A stretch of DNA of 64,000 nucleotides, from contig CAVWIG010000007.1 of the NCBI GenBank assembly GCA_963754945.1, positions 50,134 through 114,133 on the forward strand, written 5' to 3'. The translations under genes and the position numbers were made by a program. Origin of the DNA: Methanotrichaceae archaeon. GTDB lineage: Archaea > Halobacteriota > Methanosarcinia > Methanotrichales > Methanotrichaceae. Below the pieces are notes generated by a model, which did no database searches, was not told where the DNA came from, and saw only the letters and a program-made list of their open reading frames with translations. Each line of letters starts with the position of its first letter. The first letter of the stretch is position 1. Of the stretch, positions 19,459-28,562 are shown piece by piece.

Positions 19459-20729
19459 GGTAGTGTGCCGAGATTTCTGTAATTTGGAGTTGCCCTGTAT
19501 CCCAACATACTCAATCAGCATCCATAGATAAATACTTTTTAGCGGTCAGCCATTCTTCGTTGATATCGATGAGGATCGAAACCCCTAACCTCATGAACGA
19601 GCTCTCACTTGGGAAGGCACCGACTACCCTGGATCTTCTTTTCAGCTCCTTGTTGATCCTCTCCAGCCCGTTTGTAGTCCGAATCCTTCTCCAGTGACCT
19701 CTGGGGAATGCCCTGTAATTCCACAGACTGAATCTGAAGCGGTCGATAGTGTCAGCAGATTTCGCATAACCTCTTTCCCTCAATTCTTTCGCTAAGTCCT
19801 GTATCTTGATTTCGTCTTCCAGAGCGATCTTGATCTTATCGGCGATCTCCTTATGATACTTCTTGGCAACGTTTCTCAAGACCGCTCTTGAAAAGTGAAC
19901 GTGACACATTTGCCATGAAGCACCAAGAAATGATTTCTCAACCGCTTTCTGGATTCCCTTATGACCATCTGATATCACGAGCTTTACTCCGGACAACCCA
20001 CGATCCGCCAGATCTTGAAATAATCCCGACCAGAAGAGTTCATCTTCACTGTCAGCTATTCTTGCGCCAAGTATCTCGCGATAACCGTCATCTCTAACAC
20101 CTGTGACGATCATGAAAGCTTTGGTAACATATCTTGATTCTGTTCTTACTTTGAAGTAGCTTGCATCTACATAAAGATAAGGAATAGGACGTTCGATAGG
20201 TTTCTTCAGGAATTCTTCTACCTTCTCGTCAAGCTCTTTGGATATCCTGGAAACGCTAGAGGCAGATAAATTCTCGATGCCAAATCGAGAGACAATATCT
20301 TGGATTCTCCTGGTTGAAACCCCCTGGAGATACGATTCGAGTACAGCGTTGACCAAAGCCTTCTCTACGCGCGAAAATCTGTCGAACACCTTGGTTTCGA
20401 AGGAAATTTCACGGAATTGAGGTTTCTTGAGTCGGAGCTCTCCAACTCGCGTCTTCAGAGATCTTTCCTTGTAGCCATTCCTATGTGCCTTTCGGGATTC
20501 GACTCTCTGATACGGTTCTGCATCTGCCTGTTGCGCCGCTTCTAGCTGCATTACAAGGTTCAAGAACCAGGTCAGAAGCTTCTTTAGTCCATCTTCCTGA
20601 TCGATAAGGTAATCTTCCAAGAGTGCTATGGGTATCATGGTCCTGTGTCCTCCTTTTCTCAAGATTGGATAGGATACAGGGCCGATAATCATTCTTATTA
20701 TCAAAGTACAGAAAAATCGTTACACTGCC
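19459..20729 (-). mobile_element. IS256 family element
   Basis: Imperfect TIRs GGTAGTGTGCCGAGATTTCTGTA / rc GGCAGTGTAACGATTTTTCTGTA; 8-bp TSD GTGTAGAA at 19451-19458 and 20730-20737. Confidence 0.95.
19511..20704 (-). CDS. IS256 family transposase
   Basis: RNGY, GVSTR, YVDA, ISDGH.G, QMCHVHF and RTTN.LER.NKE.KRR motifs; the true start may be MIPIALL near 20638. Confidence 0.95.
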   Translation of the reverse strand: MIIRMIIGPVSYPILRKGGHRTMIPIALLEDYLIDQEDGLKKLLTWFLNLVMQLEAAQQADAEPYQRVESRKAHRNGYKERSLKTRVGELRLKKPQFREISFETKVFDRFSRVEKALVNAVLESYLQGVSTRRIQDIVSRFGIENLSASSVSRISKELDEKVEEFLKKPIERPIPYLYVDASYFKVRTESRYVTKAFMIVTGVRDDGYREILGARIADSEDELFWSGLFQDLADRGLSGVKLVISDGHKGIQKAVEKSFLGASWQMCHVHFSRAVLRNVAKKYHKEIADKIKIALEDEIKIQDLAKELRERGYAKSADTIDRFRFSLWNYRAFPRGHWRRIRTTNGLERINKELKRRSRVVGAFPSESSFMRLGVSILIDINEEWLTAKKYLSMDAD

Positions 20730-21273
20730 GTGTAGAATCCATTCGATTGGTCTAGGATAATCTCAATACGCATACTTCAGGCTCATTTTATAATGCTTTT
20801 GCGCCTGAAGAGGCGTTTGAGCTGGCTAAGGAGTTCGAATATTATTATACGCCAAAGAAAGGTAGCTGGCTCAACATGGCTGAGATAGAACTCTCAGCCC
20901 TATCGAAGCAATGCCTCGATCGTCGGATTGGAGACATCGATACTTTAACCAAAGAGGCTTCGGTGTGGGCACAAGAACGTAACGCAAAAAAAACTACTGT
21001 AAGATGGAAATTCACGAAGAATGATGCAAGATTAAAGCTAAACAGGCATTATATTAATTTGCAAAATTAATGTTATGGTGCACTAGGTCGAGGGTTGATG
21101 GGTGGTCAAATCTCGTCTTTTATCTATGATCTCGATAGCCACAAATTCTGGGTTTGGGATGCTTTCAATAAGACCTACTCGACAAATAACTGGAAACCGT
21201 AGATAGGCACCAACCATCTTTTTTTGCGTTTTCATGGCAACTTCTTGAGAGGAACAAGAAACCGACACCGTTT

Positions 21274-21711
21274 TCATACTTTATCAAGAGCCTGATCCAG
21301 ATCAGCTATGATGTCTTCGGCGTCCTCAATGCCGGCAGAGATCCTCACCAGGCCGTCGGTTATTCCTATTTTCAGCCTCATGTCTCTGGGCACTATGGAA
21401 TGGGTCATCGAGGCAGGATGCTGAATCAGTGTGTCCGTGGACCCCAGGCTGACCGACAGGAGACAGAGCTCCACTCCATTGATGAGCCTTCGCCCAGCTT
21501 CCACACCTCCTTTCAGCTCAAAGGACAGCATGCCGCTGTAGCCGCTCATCTGCTTTCTGGCAGTGTAGTGCTGGGGATGACTGGACAGACCCGGATAGCT
21601 GACCCATTCCACCTTTAGGTGCGATTCAAGGAACTCTGCCACTTCCATGGCGTTAGATGCATGCCTTTCCATTTGCAGGTGAAGCGTCTTGGGGCCGCGG
21701 ATGCAACAGCC
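21274..21711 (-). pseudogene. 3'-fragment duplicate of the methionine gamma-lyase-like gene at 26149-27333
   Basis: Translation is nearly identical to the last ~145 aa of that gene; the PLP-binding Lys region is absent. Confidence 0.9.
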
Positions 21712-22670
21712 TTGCGAATTATAGCACAAAACACAAACAACGGGATGGAGACAGAGACAGTCCTAAAAGGAAGATTAAATATTCTGGGAGTCTATTTATA
21801 CTTGCTTGTCGATATGCATCTCTCGATTGCATTCTGGAGGATTCGCCATGAAAACGCAGAGTCTATACCTTCTCCTAATAATAGCGGTTCTGTTCACAGG
21901 AATATCCCGCACCGAGGGACAGCCTCCTATGGAGGTTAATTTATTGACGGCAAAGAACTATTCCGCTGACTCTGACCAAGGAGCGCATCTAAAAGGAGAC
22001 CCCGAAGCACAAATGAACACAAAGACCAAGATCACGGTTAGAGTTCAAGCTAAGGGTGGCAAGTACCTCGGCGACGATATCGGAGGGGCGTGGGTGACGA
22101 TTCGCAATAGCCAGACTGGCGAGATTCTAGCCAGTGGCGTGACTTCTGGCGACTCCGGCAGCATCAGCGACGAGTATGTGCCCAATGCCTCTCGAAGAGC
22201 TATAGTCACACCCGGAGATCCTCGTCAGATCCATTGGGTCGTCGCCAATCCGACCACATCCCGCTTCAGCGCGGAGTTGACCCTCGATCATACTGCATTG
22301 CTCGAGATCTCCGTCTTAGGAGCAACAGGTGGCCTGCAGACCGCCCACAAGGCAGTAGCTACGGCGTGGGCTGTCCCTGGTAACGATATCGTAGTCGATA
22401 TCGAAATATCAGGATTACTGGTCCAGGTCATAGAGCCTACCACTCATTTGCAACTTCCAGCAATAGGCGTAGCGGTCCCATTGAAGGCCAATGTAGCGAT
22501 GATGTGCGGCTGCCCCATCAACTATGGAATGCTCTGGATTCCCTCTGACTTTGAGGTCTCTGCTCAGATACGTAATCTGGGCTCAGGTGGCATCGTTATA
22601 GTGCCGCTCAGCTTCTCGACCACGGGATTGCCCGGTACCTTTGAGGGATCATACAACGTGACAGAACCGG

Positions 22671-23955
22671 GAGGGTTTCGATTTAGTGTTGGTTAATGAA
22701 GCCTTAAATTCTTGCGTTAATATTTTCAATCTTTATAGTGGTTTTTTAGCATATTTCACCCCTAAATTGGCTTATTAGATTTCAATTTACCTTGTTGTTT
22801 CTAATTTTTGCGCTTTTTTAGAGAGCTTCCGCTAGGCTGTTTGTTTATGCACTAAATATTTCAACTGTTCCAGGTTGTAAACGACCGAATTCATCATGAA
22901 TTTTACTCCAGCTCTTGCGACAGTTGTTACATAAACATGTGCTCCCTTATGCCCCCGCTTCATAACAGCGAAGCATCTTTCGATGTGCGATCGCGTTTTA
23001 CTGATTCTCTTATTCCTCAGAAGATCTATGATTCCAAGCTTGTGACCTCTTGTAGCTTTTTTCATGGCTGCATCATATCCTCGAGTTTTTGCACCATCAT
23101 ATCCCTTATCGGCGTAACGTGGTAGCCCTTCAATTCCAAGATCTACCTGACTATCGTGTACAGAAGCAGTTGTAGTCTCAAAATATCTGATAAGGTGGTA
23201 ATTGGTATCGATTGAGATATGACCTTTATATCCGAAAAAGGATTTGACACCCTTTTTTGCCCAACTTCCCTCATTTATTGGCTCTTCTTCGAGTCTCTGT
23301 GGTTTGGCCTTGTCATCAATAATATTATTTGAAATACCAATTAGCTCTTTATCAAACTCCTGATTCAGGCTCGTACTGGTGGCTTCGGAATCTTGACCTT
23401 CCTTTTTGTCCCCGCCTTGCTCGTCTTTCTTGTTCCTCTTCCGACCTGGGTCCGAAGTTATGAAGGTTGCATCCTGGATAGTGCCATTCTTTACAGTAAA
23501 CCCCATCTCATCGAGCTGCCTTTGAAGCTCATTCCAAAGATCATCGTATACGTCGCACTTAATCAAACGTTCACGGAATAGCCAAACTGTGCTGAAATCA
23601 GGAATTACTTCAGTGGTGCCAAGGAAAATACGAAAAGAGATCCTATCCGCAACCTGTCGCTCCAGTTCTGGATCTGTTAGACCAAACCAATGCTGAATTA
23701 CGAGAGCTTTCACCATAATCACGATGTCAATGTTCGGACGACCTCCGCGGCTAGTTTTATTTTTGTATATCAATGGTTCCAAAAATCTGAAACGCTCCCA
23801 ATTGATCAACGATCCGATCTCGGATAGATCATCTCCGAGGGCTTTTACTCGAGCATATTCTGCTCGAATGGCAAAATCAATGAGAGTCCTCATGCATTAT
23901 ATTATAGTATTAATAGTATATAAGTATTTCGATTGATTAGTTTTTCGAAACTCTC
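22671..23955 (-). mobile_element. IS5 family element
   Basis: TIRs GAGGGTTTCGA / rc GAGAGTTTCGA; 4-bp TSD CCGG at 22667-22670 and 23956-23959. Confidence 0.92.
22832..23893 (-). CDS. IS5 family transposase
   Basis: GGRP, QHWFGLTDPELE, PDFSTVW.FRE, DATFI, FGYKGH, HDSQ, ADKGY and R..IER.F motifs. Confidence 0.95.
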   Translation of the reverse strand: MRTLIDFAIRAEYARVKALGDDLSEIGSLINWERFRFLEPLIYKNKTSRGGRPNIDIVIMVKALVIQHWFGLTDPELERQVADRISFRIFLGTTEVIPDFSTVWLFRERLIKCDVYDDLWNELQRQLDEMGFTVKNGTIQDATFITSDPGRKRNKKDEQGGDKKEGQDSEATSTSLNQEFDKELIGISNNIIDDKAKPQRLEEEPINEGSWAKKGVKSFFGYKGHISIDTNYHLIRYFETTTASVHDSQVDLGIEGLPRYADKGYDGAKTRGYDAAMKKATRGHKLGIIDLLRNKRISKTRSHIERCFAVMKRGHKGAHVYVTTVARAGVKFMMNSVVYNLEQLKYLVHKQTA

Positions 23956-24214
23956 CCGGGATTCTACGAGGCGACCATTCTGGCAGTCCAGAGGAGCACG
24001 GGAAATACAGGGGCTGGTCAGGTCACGTTCTTCACCCAACCCTAAGATTTTGCCGTTACCTGGCTCGATTTCAACATATAATCAATCAGGTTTCGATCAT
24101 GCGACGGCTATTGTTTTCCAGAAACCTTCGCCTTTGGTGATAAGAGATCTCTTAGGATCTCAATTCACCTTATTCACCGCTGACCTTCTCACTGCACAGC
24201 CCTCTGATTCTTAG

Positions 24215-24420
24215 GCTTTAGTCATTTCCTGCCAAGTGGAAAGTCTGGCATCGTATCCCATGATCTCAAGAGCGAACAAGACTAAAGAGGCATTTACGCC
24301 AGAAGTTTGTGTATACCACTACGGGCTTCTCCTTTCGGCCGAGAACAGAACCTTCAGCGCAGACTCATACTTGATTCGACCGTTGGTCATGACGCTATCG
24401 TAGGAATATTGAAAGAAACG
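24215..24420 (-). pseudogene. Degraded rhodanese/sulfurtransferase C-terminal fragment
   Basis: Across shifted frames: IP/YDSVMTNGRIKYESAL, EKPVVVYT and SGVNASLVLFALEIMGYDARLSTWQE. Confidence 0.55.
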
Positions 24421-24515
24421 GGTAGGATTAGATGTGTAGGATCCACGAGAGATATTAATGTTCCGAAAATTTGATAAGTAATTGAAGTATATTCAAGGTA
24501 ATTCAGAGGTGGTAT

Positions 24516-24923
24516 ATGATGAGCGAACTTCCCAACAACATAGAAGAAATGAAAAAGAAGATAAATCTGACCAGTGGAGCACAGTTCTGGGCATACATCT
24601 CCCCACAAAACGAGACGTCGAAATATGTTACCAAATGGCAAGTAAAGATTGAGCAAACCGATGGCAATTGGGTTGGAATCATCGATTCAGATAATCCTAT
24701 GAAAATATTGCAGACGCCAAATTTGTCAGGGGTTTTCAAAGTAACTGTAATAGCTTCAGGGCCCAGATTTAATGAAAAGAAACTCACCCCCAAACCAGAT
24801 AGCAAACCAAACATAGGTTGCAATTCAAACTGCGCTGCTATGGTGGGTATCGTTGCGACTGTAGGTGGCAGTGATGCTAACTACTGGACCGTATGGGATG
24901 CTTTCTGTAAAGGAATGCGCTGA
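24516..24923 (+). CDS. Hypothetical protein (CNSNC motif)
   Basis: GAGGTGGT RBS-like site before the ATG; clean 135-aa ORF with beta-rich composition. Confidence 0.75.
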   Translation: MMSELPNNIEEMKKKINLTSGAQFWAYISPQNETSKYVTKWQVKIEQTDGNWVGIIDSDNPMKILQTPNLSGVFKVTVIASGPRFNEKKLTPKPDSKPNIGCNSNCAAMVGIVATVGGSDANYWTVWDAFCKGMR

Positions 24924-24977
24924 AATACGAAGCTGCTCACGAACTTCATATGAAAAATTCAATTACTGGTGTCGAAA

Positions 24978-25012
24978 ATGGGGGGAGCATGTCAATCACA
25001 TGCTCCCCCCAT
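24978..25012. repeat. Perfect 15-bp stem hairpin
   Basis: ATGGGGGGAGCATGT-caatc-ACATGCTCCCCCCAT. Confidence 0.8.
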
Positions 25013-25422
25013 CAATCCTGTTCACCAAATAGCTGCTTGCCGGATAATCCCTATCAATAGGCCTGGAGGGCAGCAGGGCCTTTGGGGTAAAATAAATTTT
25101 GTGTTGCTCCCTCGCTATATTTTCGTATAAATATTATATTATTAGTCCCTGATTGAGTATGATTCTCGCAGTCGTCATTATGTACAAAGGAGCGTACTGG
25201 CTTTGGTTTTTCATTTGCTCTCGATATTCTTATTGAGCTGGATTCCCCTTTCTCATAGTCCCCTTCCGGAGTTACTCTTTCAGAAGAGTTTAAGTTTAAT
25301 TTACCAACTCATATTAATAATTATAGTACACGAAGTGATATTGACTCCGAGCGAAAAACTGACCCAGGCAACCTTGAGCACCTAAATTTTCAATCCTCGC
25401 AGTTGCTTCACTCGCCTTATGG

Positions 25423-25578
25423 ATGTATAATATGCAGCCAATACTAAAGCGTTGTTGCGGAATCGACGTGCATAAGTCTATGGTCGAGGCCAGCATTGCT
25501 CAATGTCCTTTGGACAAACCTCCTAAATTCATGACGAGGACATTCTCCACTATGACTTCAGACCTCTTGAAGCTGACA
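25423..25578 (+). pseudogene. IS110 family transposase N-terminal remnant
   Basis: MQPILKRCCGIDVHKSMVEA...RTFSTMTSDLLKL matches the IS110 RuvC-like N-terminus; similarity is lost afterwards. Confidence 0.75.
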
Positions 25579-25579
25579 G

Positions 25580-25998
25580 CATTCCGTTTGGAAAAGGTCA
25601 GAGCGGCCTTACTGGACTTATTATCGTTAAGCTTTAAAGACCGACTTCCTGAAACCTTCGCAATTCCAGCAGAACGAGATCTTGGCGGGCGCAGTGACGT
25701 TCACGATCGGCCTAGTGGCGATAGTCTGGTTCTGCACTTGACTTGATTGCTTGGGATTCTTGGCTCCGAAATATTAGTGCCTATTGAAATGTCGGGGTAT
25801 CGGTGTCCTTCACTGGCTGTCCATCCTGAGATGCCCTTGAAGCTTGAGCTTCTTCAGATAAGGCTGCCGCTGCCTGTACTGAATATCCAGATATCTCATC
25901 ATATCCTGATATCGGTTGCCCGAGGTTTGGGAGAATGCTTGTGTGGTAAGCAAAGAAAGCAAAACTAAGGACGTTAAAATGAATAATCTAATTCTCAT
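25580..25998 (-). pseudogene. Degraded secreted protein gene
   Basis: Signal peptide MRIRLFILTSLVLLSLL, then fragments in shifting frames (QNQTIATRP, AKVSGSRSLKLND). Confidence 0.45.
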
Positions 25999-26148
25999 GA
26001 TCTATGACTTCCTGCTCTTGGATGCTATATCAATAACCTAGCATGCAAGCCCGGAATTAGCAGCATTTACTTCTGCTTATGTCGCCTGCCAAGCCATAGA
26101 ATTCTCACCATATTTTCTTATTGTAGAATCCAAAAACTCATTCTGTCT

Positions 26149-27333
26149 TCAAACCTTGTCAAGAGCCTGATCCAGATCAGCTATGATGTCTTCTGCGTCC
26201 TCAATGCCGGCAGAGATCCTCACGAGGCCGTCGGTTATTCCGATTTTCAGCCTCATATCTCTAGGCACTATGGCATGGGTCATCGAGGCCGGATGCTGGA
26301 TCAGCGTGTCAGTGGACCCCAGGCTGACCGACAGGAGGCAAAGCTCCACTCCATTGATGAGCCTATGTCCAGCCTCCACACCTCCTTTTAGCTCAAAGGA
26401 CAGCATGCCGCTGTAGCCGCTCATCTGCTTTCTGGCAGTATTGTGCTGGGGATGACTGGGCAGGCCCGGATAGCTGACCCATTCCACCTTTGGGTGCGAC
26501 TCCAGGAACTGTGCCACGGCCCTGGCGTTAGTTGCATGTCTTTCCATTCGCAGGTGCAGCGTCTTGAGGCCGCGGATGCACAGCCAGGCCTCGTGAGGGC
26601 CCATGGTTACGCCTAATAGCGTCGTCGCTCGGCTCATGGATCTGATCAAGTCTCTGGATCCAACGACCACCCCTCCCAACAGGTCGCTATGGCCTCCTAT
26701 GTACTTAGTGCAGCTCTCCACAACCAAATCCGCACCCAACTCCAGTGGTCTCTGAAAGTACGGCGAAGCGAAGGTGTTGTCCACTACTGATATGGCACCC
26801 GCCTCTCTCGCAATCCTGGCTATTTCTCGTATGTCGCAGACCGACATTGTTGGATTGGCTGGCGACTCAAGGAAGACCATCCTGGTGTTTGCTCGAAGAG
26901 CGGCCTTCACCTCTTCCAGATTGGTGGTATCCACATAGCTCACATCGATGCCGAGCTTCGGCAAAATGGAGGAGAACAGACCGTAGGTGCCTCCATACAA
27001 GACGCTTGAGGAAATCAGGTGGTCTCCACTCTTCAGTTGGGAAAGGACAACAGCGGTCTCTGCTGCCATTCCGGAGGAGAAGGATAGGCCAGCCTCTCCT
27101 CCTTCCAGGGACTTCATCTTCTCTATGAGCGCAGCATGAGTGGGTGTGTTCGGCGGAGACCTGACATATCTGTATCCAGGCTCTTTCCCTGAAAATACGG
27201 CTTCAGCTTGCTCAGCGCTGTCGAATAAGAAGGTAGATGTTTGATAGATAGGCGTTGTATGAGCCCTGTATTCCGGGCTCGGTCCCTCTCCGGCATGGAC
27301 GCATCTTGTGCCGAAGCTCAAGTCTTCTTTCAT
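26149..27333 (-). CDS. Methionine gamma-lyase / cystathionine gamma-synthase family PLP enzyme
   Basis: PIYQTSTF, FSSGMAA, ESPANP, DNTF, SCTKYIGGHSD, VSLG and RISAGIE motifs. Confidence 0.95.
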   Translation of the reverse strand: MKEDLSFGTRCVHAGEGPSPEYRAHTTPIYQTSTFLFDSAEQAEAVFSGKEPGYRYVRSPPNTPTHAALIEKMKSLEGGEAGLSFSSGMAAETAVVLSQLKSGDHLISSSVLYGGTYGLFSSILPKLGIDVSYVDTTNLEEVKAALRANTRMVFLESPANPTMSVCDIREIARIAREAGAISVVDNTFASPYFQRPLELGADLVVESCTKYIGGHSDLLGGVVVGSRDLIRSMSRATTLLGVTMGPHEAWLCIRGLKTLHLRMERHATNARAVAQFLESHPKVEWVSYPGLPSHPQHNTARKQMSGYSGMLSFELKGGVEAGHRLINGVELCLLSVSLGSTDTLIQHPASMTHAIVPRDMRLKIGITDGLVRISAGIEDAEDIIADLDQALDKV

Positions 27334-27537
27334 CCGATTATCAATCCTTGGATTTTAGTTGGTGCTGTTAATATAAACTTTTAACTTTAAGCACTGTAGA
27401 ACTATCTGCAAATCATCTGAGAATCCTGAACATTCTCATCAGGTATGCCGCCATCATTAGGAATATATATTAAAAGTTACACTTTATGTCACTGTTGCAT
27501 TTGTTGTACTCTAACCAAGAGCAAACAGGAGAACTTC

Positions 27538-28508
27538 ATGCCAAGATTGCGCATCATGACCTTCAACGTCGAGAACCTCCTGGTTCGCTTTGACTTCAAA
27601 GGAAGCGACCAGGGGCTTGCTTCACTGCTGGATGTGGATTCAGAGATTGACCGAGCAAACCTGATCCGAACTCACTGGAACGTCATCAACGACGAAATAG
27701 GGTCTTCACAGCCCTTTCCATAAAAGAGGGCAGTCCAGATGTAGTTTGTCTTCAGGAGGTCGATAGCTTCCACGTCCTGAAGTCCTTTCACGATAAAGTA
27801 CATCTCCAGAATCTCCGGCTTGCACTATCCGCACAAGGCTCTGATTGAAGGCAACGATCCCAGAGGCATAGACGTGGCGGTTCTGAGCCAGTACGCATCG
27901 ATTCAATGGCAACTCACCAGGATTTCGTTGATGTAAGCTATGGCCCTTCTGGGATGAAGCAGGAACGAGTCTTCAAAAGGGACTGCCTGGAGGTTCGGAT
28001 AGCGAAGGAAGGAAAGATTCTGCCCATCTTCGTCTGCCACTTTAAGTCCATGACCCCCAGCAGAGATGAGACGAAGCCTGCTCGCGAGGCAGAAGCCAGA
28101 GCCGTCAAGAAGATCCTCCAGAATCGTTTCCAAGACCCTTCAAAACGCGACTGGCTGGTCGTCGGCGATCTCAACGATTACACAGAGACGGATGGCATGC
28201 CGGATAGTCAGCACTCTTTGCACCCTCTTCTTGATAGCGGCTTCTCCGATGATCTTGTAAAGAGGATATCCGACCCCAGGGATCGATGGACCCATTATTA
28301 TTCCGGAGACCGCAGCTACCACCAGCTTGACTACATACTGGCATCGCCATCGCTGGCGGCAAAGAACAGTGGTGTGTTTCCGAGGATCATCCGGATGGGA
28401 TTGCCCTTCCGAGCCGAAAGGTACAGCGGGAACAGATGGCCTAGAGTGGGTTACGACCGCCCAAAGGCTAGCGCTCACTGCCCTGTGGTTGTCGATCTTG
28501 ATTATTGA
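27538..28508 (+). pseudogene. Endonuclease/exonuclease/phosphatase family protein with about three frameshifts
   Basis: TFNVENL, DVVCLQEV, EGNDPRGIDVAVLS, CHFKS, GDLND, QLDYIL and ASAHCPV motifs in changing frames (shifts near 27697, 27797, 27895). Confidence 0.85.
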
Positions 28509-28562
28509 AACGAACAAGTAGGGAACTGCTATTCGCAAGGCGTATCAATCGGCTCAATCGGG

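Larger units (their letters stand above)
18674..21070 (+). pseudogene. IS630 transposase (orfA/orfB joined by -1 frameshift), split by IS256
   Basis: RARILLLAD...RWTL.LLAD; A8 run at 19093-19100; VVCFDERP, V*DNLNTH and TPKKGSWLNMAEIE motifs. Confidence 0.9.
18621..21085 (+). mobile_element. IS630 family element, interrupted by IS256
   Basis: Perfect inverted ends TAGTGCACCATAAC / GTTATGGTGCACTA (including the TA target dinucleotide) at a CTAG site; HTH orfA plus DDE orfB. Confidence 0.93.
18320..21202 (+). pseudogene. Hypothetical 139-aa protein interrupted by IS630(::IS256)
   Basis: Joining 18320-18622 to 21086-21202 gives an open frame ...EEILKL|GRGLMGGQISSFIYDLDSHKFWVWDAFNKTYSTNNWKP*. 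Confidence 0.7.
21848..24045 (+). pseudogene. Secreted protein with MMCGCP motif, interrupted by IS5
   Basis: Signal peptide; VRVQAKGGKYLGD and MMCGCPI motifs. Excising the IS restores ...VTEPG|FYEATILAVQRSTGNTGAGQVTFFTQP* (TAA 24043-24045). Confidence 0.8.

Noticed and set aside
21274-21711. Lyase duplicate as an assembly artefact or DGR target
   Set aside because: The copies differ by scattered substitutions at all four bases, consistent with an older genuine duplication.
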